Source of the DNA: a virus
Lineage: Duplodnaviria; Caudoviricetes
DNA: 64,000 nt
IMG/VR virus record: IMGVR_UViG_3300048995_000011
Coordinates: 26,794-90,793 of that record
Reading direction: 5' to 3' (one strand)
Part shown: in pieces, positions 1 through 9,038 of the stretch
Layout: each line of letters begins with the position of its first letter
Position numbering within the stretch: position 1 is the first letter of the stretch
Translations under genes and position numbers: made by a program
Notes under the pieces: model-generated
Database searches by the model: none
Told to the model about the DNA's origin: nothing
The model's input: only the letters and a program-made list of their open reading frames with translations

Positions 1-1
1 G

Positions 2-142
2 TGCGAGGAAGCGTGGCCGTGCTCCACCCTCGAAGCAGTCATCGAGGAACTGGAGGCGCAGGCGGACGGGCTGTGCTGCAGTGGCATCCTCCGCGACCGG
101 GTCGCTCAGCTTCGCGGCGAGGTGTCCCACGATGGCGAGTGA
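2..142 (+). CDS. partial hypothetical protein (C-terminal end, CxxxWPC motif)
   Basis: Frame 2 is open from the window edge ([18 protein letters not shown]...EVSHDGE*) and its stop overlaps the next ATG (GATGGCGAGTGA). Confidence 0.55.
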   Translation, partial: CEEAWPCSTLEAVIEELEAQADGLCCSGILRDRVAQLRGEVSHDGE

Positions 143-605
143 CGAGCTGGCCGTGGCTGAGCCGACCACCCGACATGGACGTCCGGACTGCAAGGTCGAG
201 GGCTGCTCGAACATGCGGGAGATCCGCGGTCCGATCTGTTCGAAGCACCGTCTCCGAAAGGCGGAGAACGGGCAGTTCGACCGGCCATGGGACACCGAGG
301 TTGGACGCTTCTGGTCGAAGGTCGACAAGTCGGGCGAGTGCTGGGTTTGGACCGCGAAGGCGCTGTGCGAGAACGGGTACGGCAGGTTCTACGTGGGCAA
401 GAAGCCGCTTCGCGCCCACCGGTACTCGTGGGAGCTGGCCAACGGGCCGATCGCTGACGGCCTGTTCGTCTGTCACCGCTGCGACAACCCGCCGTGCGTG
501 AACCCTGCGCACCTGTTCCTCGGGACCCACCAGGAAAACATGCAGGACATGGTCACGAAGGGCCGCTCCAGGGATCGCAGGAAGGCATACCGCGATGCAG
601 CGTGA
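132..605 (+). CDS. HNH homing endonuclease
   Basis: CWVWT...GYGRF...AHRYSWE...[27 protein letters not shown], the classic phage HNH motif; start taken at the ATG overlapping the upstream stop. Confidence 0.9.
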   Translation: MASDELAVAEPTTRHGRPDCKVEGCSNMREIRGPICSKHRLRKAENGQFDRPWDTEVGRFWSKVDKSGECWVWTAKALCENGYGRFYVGKKPLRAHRYSWELANGPIADGLFVCHRCDNPPCVNPAHLFLGTHQENMQDMVTKGRSRDRRKAYRDAA

Positions 606-1656
606 AGAAGATGAGGCCAGCAGGTTGCTCGCCGGCCCCGCGCAGACCACCGAACTGGAGGAACTGCTCGGCATCGGAGGCGGCGACAACATCATCCCCG
701 CGGTGCGAGATGCGCTTCAGCGGTGGTACCGGATCGAAGCGCAGCGGGACGCAGCCGAGAGCAGCGCCGAGGAGGCATGCGGCGAGCTTGCCGACCGACA
801 GCAGTTCCTCACCGACGTTGTGGCCGAGCGGGATGCCCTGTCGTTGCTGTTGCGGGGGATGGCCCGGAAGCTGGTCGCCGCGCGACGACACGGCGCCACG
901 CTCTACCGCGAGATTCAGGACGGCAAGAGCGTCATCGACCGCCTGATTGCCGAGCGGGACGAGGCGCAGCAGTCCGCGAAGTTCTGGCAGGGCCAGGCGG
1001 AGTACTGGGAGCGAGAGCACCAGGAGACCGTGCTGCCCTACACCACGAAGCTGGAATCCGAGCTGTATCTCGCGCTGTGGCTGTACGCCGAGGCGAAGTG
1101 GTGGGCCGACCAGTACAAGCACGACGTTGTCTTGTGGAAACGGCAGGTCGACGACCTCACCGCCGAGCGGGATGAGCGGCAGGCCCGCCTCGACGAGATC
1201 GCCGATGTCCTCGGACGTGCCCCTGGCGACGCCACGTCTGCCGAGATCGTCGAGATCGTACGCACTGCTGTCGCGGTCAAGGGACGCCGTAGGGACGAGG
1301 CAATGGAGCTACGGGCCCGCATCGACGCGGTCCTCGCGCACCTCGAAACCCGCACGCGCGCGCTGGCCTCGGACCTGGTGTACGCGAACGAACGCGACAC
1401 CATCCGGTTCGTCCGTGCTGCCCTGGAGGAGCCGAAGGCGGAGGACTCGAAGCCGAAGCACAAGACCGAGGGCGGCATGTGCTGCAACGGCAAGCGGGGC
1501 TGCGGCGGACCGGGCTCGTACTGCTGCTCCCAGACCGTCTACCTCCACCGGCACGCCGACGGATCACGAGGCCCGTGCGGTGTCCTCGGCGCCCTGTCCG
1601 GTGCTGCCCTGGTGGGTGGCCAGCCGAATGCGACTTCGGAGGTGTCTGGTGACTGA
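595..1656 (+). CDS. hypothetical coiled-coil protein with Cys-rich C-terminus
   Basis: 353 aa ORF overlapping both neighbours, with heptad-like AERD repeats. Confidence 0.7.
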   Translation: MQREEDEASRLLAGPAQTTELEELLGIGGGDNIIPAVRDALQRWYRIEAQRDAAESSAEEACGELADRQQFLTDVVAERDALSLLLRGMARKLVAARRHGATLYREIQDGKSVIDRLIAERDEAQQSAKFWQGQAEYWEREHQETVLPYTTKLESELYLALWLYAEAKWWADQYKHDVVLWKRQVDDLTAERDERQARLDEIADVLGRAPGDATSAEIVEIVRTAVAVKGRRRDEAMELRARIDAVLAHLETRTRALASDLVYANERDTIRFVRAALEEPKAEDSKPKHKTEGGMCCNGKRGCGGPGSYCCSQTVYLHRHADGSRGPCGVLGALSGAALVGGQPNATSEVSGD

Positions 1657-1885
1657 CCCGCGGTGGAAAGTGATCTTCGAAGTTGGCGCACTGCTCGGGA
1701 ACACCGACCCGGCGAAGTTCGCGGATGCCCTGCTTGCCCCGCCGTGCCAGCACTACGGCGACTGGGACCACGACGACGAGGCCTGCCCCGCCCCGTGCGG
1801 CCTGACCCACGAGTGGTGCCGTGCATGCGGGCGCCCAATGAAGCCGCCCTGCCCGATCCTGGAGGAACTGGAGGCCACCCCATGA
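1649..1885 (+). CDS. hypothetical Cys/His-rich protein
   Basis: GTG start overlaps the upstream stop; CQH...CPAPCG...WCRACG...PCP. Confidence 0.6.
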   Translation: MTDPRWKVIFEVGALLGNTDPAKFADALLAPPCQHYGDWDHDDEACPAPCGLTHEWCRACGRPMKPPCPILEELEATP

Positions 1886-2136
1886 GCAACGCGGCCAGAC
1901 ATCGACCGGTGGCCGCGATCGGCCACTACCGCCTCGACCTCCAGCGCTACCGAGCCGCTCGGTTCAGTTACTGGAGCGGTGGGCACGAGACTCCGTGGCC
2001 GTGGTGGGAGGTCACCGTTCCTCGTCTCGGGTCTCTGATCCTGGGGCGTCGCAAAGCTCGTCCAGCTCTGTCTGGTCTCGCTCTTCGTGATGTCGAGGAA
2101 GCCGACGAACCAGAGTCAAACGAGGAGACCCGGTGA
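1882..2136 (+). CDS. hypothetical protein
   Basis: ATGA overlap; GGAGG upstream. Confidence 0.55.
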   Translation: MSNAARHRPVAAIGHYRLDLQRYRAARFSYWSGGHETPWPWWEVTVPRLGSLILGRRKARPALSGLALRDVEEADEPESNEETR

Positions 2137-2342
2137 GGGCGGGCGAGGACTTCTCCGACACCCGCGTCCACCAGCGTGTGATTGCGACGGTGGGTTTCGG
2201 TAACGAACCGGACGCCGACACGGCTACGGCAGCCGCCCGGTACGTGACCCGGCACGCGAAGGACACCGCCGACCGGTTGCTGCTGTTGGAGGCGCTGGGG
2301 ATCAGCGAGTGGGCAGACACAGAGAAGGGGCAAGCGGCATGA
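2133..2342 (+). CDS. hypothetical protein
   Basis: GTGA/ATGA overlaps on both sides. Confidence 0.6.
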   Translation: MRAGEDFSDTRVHQRVIATVGFGNEPDADTATAAARYVTRHAKDTADRLLLLEALGISEWADTEKGQAA

Positions 2343-2941
2343 GGTACTTCTACGACACAGAGTTCATCGAGGACGGATCGACGATCGAGCTGATCTCTAT
2401 CGGGATCGTGGCGGAGGACGGGCGCGAGTACTACGCCGTGAACCGGGATGCACCGTGGAAGCGGATCAAGCGGCACGACTGGCTCGTCAACAACGTCGTC
2501 CCCACCCTGCCGACCCTGCACGGGGACGCCCGCAACCACGCCGGACGCGGGCCGTTGGGGCTGCTGGACTGGCAGCACCCGGCGTTCAAGCGGCTGAGGG
2601 CGATCGTGGACCAGGTGCGGGGCTTCCTCCTGGCCGACGACGAGTCCAACCACGACCGCGAGTTGTGGGCCTACTACGGCGCCTACGATCACGTCGCCCT
2701 GTGCCAGTTGTGGGGCACCATGATGGACCTGCCTGACGGGGTTCCGATGTTCACGCACGAGTTGATGCAGGCGTGGGAGAACGCCGGCCGGCCGGAGCAG
2801 CCTGCGCAGCGCGACGAGCACAACGCACTCGGTGACGCCCGGTGGAACAAGGAACTGTTCGACTCGCTCCATAAATTGCGCATCAAAAAGCCGAGCCCGA
2901 GCCATGGGCGCATGTCCCGACCCGACGGACACAACAAATGA
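2339..2941 (+). CDS. DEDD 3'-5' exoribonuclease, RNase AS (Rv2179c)-like
   Basis: MRYFYDTEFIEDG.TIELISIG, LWAYYGAYDHVALCQLWG and HNALGDARWN motifs. Confidence 0.85.
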   Translation: MRYFYDTEFIEDGSTIELISIGIVAEDGREYYAVNRDAPWKRIKRHDWLVNNVVPTLPTLHGDARNHAGRGPLGLLDWQHPAFKRLRAIVDQVRGFLLADDESNHDRELWAYYGAYDHVALCQLWGTMMDLPDGVPMFTHELMQAWENAGRPEQPAQRDEHNALGDARWNKELFDSLHKLRIKKPSPSHGRMSRPDGHNK

Positions 2942-3291
2942 GCGACTGGCGTGAAGCGATCGACAACTACGACCCGCTGAACGAACCGAACAGGAGAGCC
3001 GAGATGACCGCACGCGAGTGGGACGAAGGCGACCCCGAACCGAAGGGCCACCCGTCGATCGTGGACAGCCCCCGCAGCGCATCCATGCTGATGTCCGGCG
3101 CCCTGGCCCACCTCGACGTGATCCAGCCCCTGGACCTCCGCGGCCCGGTGCGGGACATCCTGCGCGCCGGCATCGAGCTTTGCGTGGGGTCGCGGTCGCT
3201 GCTCGGGAAGCCGATCCAGTACACGCTGGACCTGGCCCAAGCGGTCATGAACGCGGCCGCGTTCCAGGACGACGACGAGGTGCATCCCTGA
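2938..3291 (+). CDS. hypothetical protein
   Basis: Coupled ORF (ATGA overlap). Confidence 0.6.
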   Translation: MSDWREAIDNYDPLNEPNRRAEMTAREWDEGDPEPKGHPSIVDSPRSASMLMSGALAHLDVIQPLDLRGPVRDILRAGIELCVGSRSLLGKPIQYTLDLAQAVMNAAAFQDDDEVHP

Positions 3292-3566
3292 TGCGCCCGG
3301 CCCCGATCCCCGACGACGCGATCTGGCCGGGCGCCAAGCGCATCGTGCTGTCCGCCCCGAACGGTGACCTGACCGACCCGGACATCGCGCCGGTCGAACT
3401 GCTCGCTGACGTCCCGCCGTCGATCGGCGGAGTCCGGTACTCCGCCCGCTGCATGCTCGAGCCGGGGGACCTGGAGAAGCTCGCCGACGGCGGCCACGTC
3501 TGGGTGTCGTTCTACGGCGGCGTCCCGCCGTTCTGCGTGGACGTGACCGACAAGGGCGGCCGCTGA
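3291..3566 (+). CDS. hypothetical protein
   Basis: TGATG coupling on both ends; MRPAPIPDDAIWPGAKRIV... Confidence 0.65.
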   Translation: MRPAPIPDDAIWPGAKRIVLSAPNGDLTDPDIAPVELLADVPPSIGGVRYSARCMLEPGDLEKLADGGHVWVSFYGGVPPFCVDVTDKGGR

Positions 3567-3694
3567 TGGGGAAGCGCGGTCCGGCGAAGACGCCGACGAA
3601 CATCGCGGTCCTCCACGGCGAGCGCAAAGACCGAATCAACCAGGCGGAGCCGAAGCCGGGCACCCTGAGCGTCGACCCTCCCCGCGGACAGTAA
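3566..3694 (+). pseudogene. truncated P27-family terminase small subunit N-terminus
   Basis: MGKRGPAKTPTNIAVLHGERKDRINQAEPKP resembles the P27 TerS N-terminus, then stops at codon 43. Confidence 0.6.
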
Positions 3695-3832
3695 GTCCCT
3701 CGACTTCTGCACCCGGGAACACCAAGAGGCGTGGCACGCCGCCCGCTCCACCCCCATCCCCACTGTCCACACCACTCCCGCTGGGGACAGCGTGCCCCCG
3801 CCGGGGGTGTGGGCCGGCACCAGGAGGGCAGC

Positions 3833-4087
3833 ATGACGACCGACAACCACGAGTTGCCGTACCAGCCGTACAGCGGCCACAGCCACTGCCCCAAGTGCGC
3901 AGGCGAGCTGGACAGCAGATACATGGAGGCAGGCACCACGCACCTATCGGGGACCACGGTCATGTTCGCCCCGGGCCATCCGGAGTGGATGCTGCGCGAG
4001 TGCTTCGACTGCGGATTCACCCGCCCTGAGATGTGCATGGACGCCTACCCGGAAACGGCTCTGATGGAAGGCAGGGAGGGCGCGTGA
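3833..4087 (+). CDS. hypothetical zinc-ribbon protein
   Basis: CPKC...CFDC; GGAGG upstream. Confidence 0.7.
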   Translation: MTTDNHELPYQPYSGHSHCPKCAGELDSRYMEAGTTHLSGTTVMFAPGHPEWMLRECFDCGFTRPEMCMDAYPETALMEGREGA

Positions 4088-4389
4088 TCGTGAGCGACAT
4101 CATCGACCGGATCGACCAGGCCACCGGGTGCCAGCACTGCGGCGGCCCCCTGGCCGGGAGCGTGTCGGACGATTTTTGCCGGCCCGAATGCCAGAGCGCC
4201 TGGCACGCCACCCACGCCAAGCCCCTGATCGGCTACAGCGAGCCCACCGACCTCCCGATGCACGTCTACAACCAGGTAGAGGACCGCAGCCCCGAGGTGA
4301 CGCCACCTTCGTGGTGGTCCGAGGCGATCTACCTACAGGCAACTCGATCGGCTCGCGAACGTGCCGCCGGCTCGAGAAGGGCGGCGTGA
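4084..4389 (+). CDS. hypothetical zinc-binding protein
   Basis: CQHC...DFCRPECQSAWH; GTGA overlap. Confidence 0.6.
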   Translation: MIVSDIIDRIDQATGCQHCGGPLAGSVSDDFCRPECQSAWHATHAKPLIGYSEPTDLPMHVYNQVEDRSPEVTPPSWWSEAIYLQATRSARERAAGSRRAA

Positions 4390-4682
4390 CCAGCCCTGAG
4401 CTCGCCTCCCATCCGACGCAGCGGGCGCCGCGAGTAGACCTCCACTAACACTGAGGTCCACCACCAACCCTGAGTTGCTCCCCGACGGCTACTCAAGCCG
4501 GCCGGAGCTTCAGGCGTGGCGCAGGTTGATGTTTCAACAAACCATCGGCCTTATCGGTTACGCTCCGTTGAGATCACCTGAAAAGAAGAAAGCCCTCGGG
4601 CCGCGACACCCAAGGGCTTTCCGAGTCCCCGCACTCCACCACTCCTCGTCTCACATCGTACCTGACGTGGCGGAGGAAGATC

Positions 4683-5552
4683 GTGATTCACACCTGCACC
4701 GTTGCCTCTTGTGGCCGACCTACCCAGGACATGCTGTGCGCGAAGTGCACGCACGACCTCACTACGACACTCCACAAATTCATTCACGGACCGGACCGTG
4801 TTCGCACATGGACCGACGGGGCCGGCGCCGAACACACCGTCACGGAACGCACCCCCGGATTGGTGGAGGAACTGCAGATCACGCTCACCCGCCAGCATGT
4901 GCTGTCGCGGGGTTCGGAGATCCGCCAGAAGGCCCCAGAAACGGCCCTCATGTTCCACCAGGCAGCCTCGGACGCGGCGTGGGAGGTGGACAACACCATC
5001 GCCACGTGGGCGCGGGACCTGGCCACACTCAATCCGCACCTCACTTTGACTGCCACAACCACGGTTGGTGCAGCTCAGTGGATGTCCGGGTTCCCCAACC
5101 TGCTGGCCGCCCACCCGGCGGCGGGGGAGATGCTGGACGAACTGACGAGTATCGCGGTCAAGGCGGAACAAGTCATCGACACTGGACCGGACCGGGTGTT
5201 CCTCGGCAAGTGCGGGAACATCATTGAAGGCAAACGGTGCACGGCTGACCTTCACGGGGTTCAGGACAAGCCCTGGGTGTGCTGCAGGGAATGCGGCACC
5301 AGACACGATGCGCTCGAGCGCTGGACGGATCTCCAGGCCAAGGTGCGTGACTCACTCGCCACGGCAGCAGAGATTGCGGAAGCGTCAAGACGGTTCTTCG
5401 GCCACATGGTGAACGTCAAGACTGTGCGCACCTGGGCGAGGCGGGGAGTGATTGACACGTGCGGCCATAACCGCAATGACGAGCCGCTGCACAAGGTGGA
5501 TGAGGTTTTGAAGGTCGCCGCCGCGCGTAGCGGTTTGCAAGCGGCCGCATGA
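4683..5552 (+). CDS. zinc-finger plus C-terminal HTH protein (putative late transcription regulator)
   Basis: CxxxxC/CxxC pairs and C-terminal ATAAEIAE...VKTVRTWARRG HTH; GGAGG RBS; last gene before the non-coding gap. Confidence 0.65.
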   Translation: MIHTCTVASCGRPTQDMLCAKCTHDLTTTLHKFIHGPDRVRTWTDGAGAEHTVTERTPGLVEELQITLTRQHVLSRGSEIRQKAPETALMFHQAASDAAWEVDNTIATWARDLATLNPHLTLTATTTVGAAQWMSGFPNLLAAHPAAGEMLDELTSIAVKAEQVIDTGPDRVFLGKCGNIIEGKRCTADLHGVQDKPWVCCRECGTRHDALERWTDLQAKVRDSLATAAEIAEASRRFFGHMVNVKTVRTWARRGVIDTCGHNRNDEPLHKVDEVLKVAAARSGLQAAA

Positions 5553-5742
5553 TCTGGTTGAATCTTGGATTACAGGAGCACAACTGTCTCCTCATTCTTC
5601 CCGGTCCTGGTGTGCACGCCAGCCGGAAGCGACCCGATAGTCCCCTGGGAGCTCGGGCAACGTGATTGCAGGGGTAGGCGCTCTGTTTGGGCCGGGGATC
5701 TAAGTCCGCAACCCGGGTGAGAGGGCGCGACGCGGACAACAG

Positions 5743-5810
5743 ATCAGGGAGCCAAGGCGGCCATCCGACCTCCAAAGTCGGTGAAGAGGGTTCGACTCCT
5801 TCCCCTGGTG
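5743..5810 (+). tRNA. tRNA-Trp (CCA) with shortened D arm; CCA end not encoded
   Basis: Acceptor ATCAGGG/CCCTGGT, anticodon stem CCGAC/GTCGG with loop CTCCAAA, T arm GAGGG-TTCGACT-CCTTC. Confidence 0.8.
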
Positions 5811-6093
5811 CTGCGGACTGATCTGACCGATACGTCAGGGTAGGCCAGCGATTCACGGGGTGTGTTCACTGCGGAATAGTGACGCACCCCCTTCCCATTA
5901 GCGGGGTCGTTCTCCCGGGGCATACGCACCCCCGGTCGAGGTAGCGGCCCTCACCCGATCCCAGCCCGCCTGTCACACGGGCACGGTCGATCGGGACCCC
6001 CGGCGGCTGGCATGGTGCCTGAGGAGATCTCAGGACGGGCGACTCGCAGGAGCCTCATGAAACACCACGCCGGGGCACAAAGCTTCACCATGC

Positions 6094-6303
6094 TTGAGGT
6101 TTATGGGGGTCACGATGGACGACATGCTGCCGGCGTGGAAAGCGGCCCGCGAGCTGCGCGTGTCTGACCGGATGGTGTGGGACTTCCTCCGCGCCGGGCA
6201 CCTCAAGGGCACTGGCGGGATGGTGACCCGCGAGTCAGTGGACGACCTGAAGTGGCACGTCGCCCTCGCAGCGGCGGAGAAGCAGGCCGTGGAGGCGGCG
6301 TGA
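6094..6303 (+). CDS. small HTH DNA-binding protein (excisionase-like fold)
   Basis: AWKAARELRVSDRMVWDFLRAGHLKG; true start may be at 6103 or 6115. Confidence 0.65.
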   Translation: MRFMGVTMDDMLPAWKAARELRVSDRMVWDFLRAGHLKGTGGMVTRESVDDLKWHVALAAAEKQAVEAA

Positions 6304-6488
6304 CCCCCGACGAGATCCTCGCCGCCGCGTGGCGAGTTGGGGACCGGGACGGCATCCGCATCTACGCGATCCACCCCAACGGTGTCGTGGCCGAGGATGT
6401 GCGGGTTGGTACCGCGGTGACCGCCGAGATCGCGGCTCGCATCGTGGAAGACCACAACCAGTCCCGTTTTCGGGCCACGATCTTCTAG
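6300..6488 (+). CDS. hypothetical protein
   Basis: GTGA overlap, 62 aa. Confidence 0.6.
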   Translation: MTPDEILAAAWRVGDRDGIRIYAIHPNGVVAEDVRVGTAVTAEIAARIVEDHNQSRFRATIF

Positions 6489-6640
6489 CCCCCAAGCACC
6501 TCGTCGTTGTGGCGAGGCGTTCGGGGTACGGCCAGTCGTCGGGGAGACGCCGGCCGTACCCCGAACACAAACCCCCAGCGAGAAGCTGGGGATGCAGTAC
6601 CCAGCAGGCCGCGAAGGCCTATCCGAGAAGGAGAAACAAC

Positions 6641-6967
6641 ATGCCGATCGAGAACGTCTGGCCTGCCAGCGAGCACCGTGATGCCACTACCCGTGTCAGG
6701 GTGATCTGGGACAAGCAGTACGAGGACATACCCGCCACTGTGGCTGTCGCCGCTGGGCACACCGACGAGGTCGACAAGATCACCCAGGTGGAGTTCACCG
6801 ACGGGAAGTCGATCGATCACCTGATCAAGGTGCTGAAGCGGGCCCGCAGGCAGGCGTTCCAGCCGCTGTCCGAGCCGCCGTCGGTGCTGGAGTTACAGCT
6901 CCGCGTTGAGGCGCTGGAAAGCGCTGTCCAGCAACTCACAGCCCGGTCCCTGATGCTGCCACGTTGA
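6641..6967 (+). CDS. hypothetical protein
   Basis: AAGGAG RBS before ATG 6641. Confidence 0.7.
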   Translation: MPIENVWPASEHRDATTRVRVIWDKQYEDIPATVAVAAGHTDEVDKITQVEFTDGKSIDHLIKVLKRARRQAFQPLSEPPSVLELQLRVEALESAVQQLTARSLMLPR

Positions 6968-7079
6968 GCCGCTGATCGGCTGGATCCGGGGCAAGCGCGA
7001 GTGCTTCACCGGACGCCGACACGACACTCGCGGAGCCTGACTATCCTCGGGGGCTTTCACCACCTGGAGGTGGTCGTGA

Positions 7080-7349
7080 ATGCAGACTCCGACAGAGCCG
7101 CCCGCACCACGCCCGACCACGCGTTGGGCTGCGTGGCTGATCGGCGTCCTCGCCACGTTCTTCGCACTGGAGGCCCCCGCCCTACGGCAACGAGTCGCTG
7201 AGAAGCCCTCAGGGACACTCACCGCCACGATGCGCAGGTGGTTGGGTATCGAACCCGCCGCGCGCCGCAGGACCATCCTGGGCCCCCTGTTCGGCGCGTT
7301 CTGCACCTACCTATTCGGGCATTTCCTCTTCGGATGGTGGAGGTCATGA
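7080..7349 (+). CDS. membrane protein
   Basis: Two hydrophobic segments; GGAGG upstream. Confidence 0.65.
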   Translation: MQTPTEPPAPRPTTRWAAWLIGVLATFFALEAPALRQRVAEKPSGTLTATMRRWLGIEPAARRRTILGPLFGAFCTYLFGHFLFGWWRS

Positions 7350-7513
7350 GCGACTACCGCCACACCCAGCTTCGTGTCATCAACACCCGCATAGACCGGG
7401 CGCTGGACAGCGGGGACCGGCGGTCGTTCTTCTACGCATGCGAACAACGGCAGCGGATCCTGCGTCACCTCCGCCTCAACCCGCCCACGCCGGCACTTGA
7501 AGGGACACCGTGA
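7346..7513 (+). CDS. hypothetical protein
   Basis: GGAGG plus ATGA overlap. Confidence 0.55.
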   Translation: MSDYRHTQLRVINTRIDRALDSGDRRSFFYACEQRQRILRHLRLNPPTPALEGTP

Positions 7514-7665
7514 TGGACATCCTGCTGCTGTTGCTCGTCCTCGGCCTCATCTTCGCCGGCGTGGCCAACCTGGTCCTCGACGCCACGACCCGCCGCGTGT
7601 TCGGCGGCCTGACACTTCTGACCGCCGTGCTCATCCTGGTCGTGCACTTCAGCTCCGTGCACTGA
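7510..7665 (+). CDS. small two-TM membrane protein
   Basis: MDILLLLLVLGLIFAGVANLV...LTLLTAVLILVVHF; coupled to both neighbours. Confidence 0.6.
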   Translation: MMDILLLLLVLGLIFAGVANLVLDATTRRVFGGLTLLTAVLILVVHFSSVH

Positions 7666-7805
7666 TGCAAACCTGCCCCAACTGCGAGGGCAACAACACC
7701 TCGCACAAGCGGACCATCGACCCGGAGACCGGTAAGGACGCGGGCGGCTACGACCAGTGCAACGACTGCGGGCACATCTTCAACACCAACGTCGACATTC
7801 GCTGA
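7665..7805 (+). CDS. small zinc-ribbon protein
   Basis: CPNC...CNDCGH; TGATG coupling. Confidence 0.6.
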   Translation: MQTCPNCEGNNTSHKRTIDPETGKDAGGYDQCNDCGHIFNTNVDIR

Positions 7806-7909
7806 TTGTCACGCTCCGTGTACCACGGCGGTGACCAGCGAGGCGTGAGGCTCGAAATCCACGGGGCTAAGACCCGTACTCGCCAGTAGGATAGATACAG
7901 GGAGTGACA

Positions 7910-8068
7910 GTGAAGCTTTCGCAGACGGTCACGACCGTGGCCGAGCTGAAGCGGTTCGTGCAGATGCTCGAAGCCCAGCAGGTCCCCGACACCGCCGAGG
8001 TACGCGCCATGATCCGCATCGGCGGCAAGGTCAAAAGCCTCGAAGTGCGCACCGAAGGGGAGCGGTGA
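7910..8068 (+). CDS. hypothetical protein
   Basis: GGGAG RBS; VKLSQTVTTVAELKRFVQML... Confidence 0.55.
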   Translation: MKLSQTVTTVAELKRFVQMLEAQQVPDTAEVRAMIRIGGKVKSLEVRTEGER

Positions 8069-8214
8069 TGTGGGTGCCCAGCGCCGAGACCGTGTCCGCA
8101 CTCGACGGTACGGACCCTGCCGGCACCGAGCCGGCAGCCAGCCGCAACCTACGCGAGGCCCGTGAACAGGCCGCCCGCGAGGTCACCGCCATCCTCGAGG
8201 AACTGAACACCTAG
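8068..8214 (+). CDS. hypothetical protein
   Basis: TGATG coupling, 48 aa. Confidence 0.45.
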   Translation: MWVPSAETVSALDGTDPAGTEPAASRNLREAREQAAREVTAILEELNT

Positions 8215-8396
8215 CCCTGCTGCCTCTTGAGCAGCTTGTTCTGCTCCTTGATCAGCCGGTTCTGCCGCTTCGTCGCCCGCTTGTTCAACCGCGCCGACCG
8301 CGCCATCCGTTCCTTGTCCGACTGGAAATCGATGACACCCATCGACAGGACAGACATGAACTTCCGGGTGATCCCCACAGTGGCCTCCTCGCACAC
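8211..8396 (-). CDS. small basic protein on the opposite strand
   Basis: Fills the gap between + genes; K/R/Q-rich C-terminal helix. Confidence 0.5.
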   Translation of the reverse strand: MCEEATVGITRKFMSVLSMGVIDFQSDKERMARSARLNKRATKRQNRLIKEQNKLLKRQQG

Positions 8397-8466
8397 GGCT
8401 GATGTTGGACACAGTCGCCGCCAGGTTGGCCGGCGTTACAGCACTTCTCGATAGGGGTGGTTCACA

Positions 8467-8712
8467 GTGGCCTCCAAACTCCAGGTTGAACAGCCCCAGC
8501 TCTGGAACTACTGGGTCCGCGGTGAGGGCTTGGCCCGCTGGGCCAGCCACACCCACCCTTGGACCCAGTTGCATCGCGAGCTGCTGAAGGAAGGCGTACC
8601 CCGCCACATGGCAGACGGGCTCGCCACGGAGATCTACATCGCAGCCAAAGGACACGCTCCGAACGAGGGCAAGGGCCGAAACCAGGGCAGCAGCCGCAAG
8701 CGATCCACCTGA
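8467..8712 (+). CDS. hypothetical phage protein
   Basis: YWVRGEGLARW..HPWTQL motif; coupled to the HNH gene. Confidence 0.65.
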   Translation: MASKLQVEQPQLWNYWVRGEGLARWASHTHPWTQLHRELLKEGVPRHMADGLATEIYIAAKGHAPNEGKGRNQGSSRKRST

Positions 8713-9038
8713 TGACTCCCGGTCACTGGCAGCGCAACACCCCATGGCAACGCCCCAAGAACTGGGAATCCACCAAAGCCGCGGTGCGACGCCGCTCCGG
8801 TGGCCAATGCGAAGCCACGACCAACGGCCACCGCTGCACCAACCCCGCAGCCCACTGCGACCACATCACCCCCGCCTACCTCGCCGGCCCCGAGACAGAC
8901 CCAGACGGTTGCCAAGACCTCTGCCAACCCCACCACGCCGCCAAGTCGTCCCGTGAGGGCCACGACGCAGCCAGGGCCCGCCACGCACGCCGCTACCGCC
9001 CAACCACCAGACACCCGGGGCTCAGGAGGACACCATGA
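8712..9038 (+). CDS. packaging-associated HNH endonuclease
   Basis: GQCE...C..AAHCDHI...QDLCQPHHAAKS; located just upstream of terS. Confidence 0.8.
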   Translation: MTPGHWQRNTPWQRPKNWESTKAAVRRRSGGQCEATTNGHRCTNPAAHCDHITPAYLAGPETDPDGCQDLCQPHHAAKSSREGHDAARARHARRYRPTTRHPGLRRTP

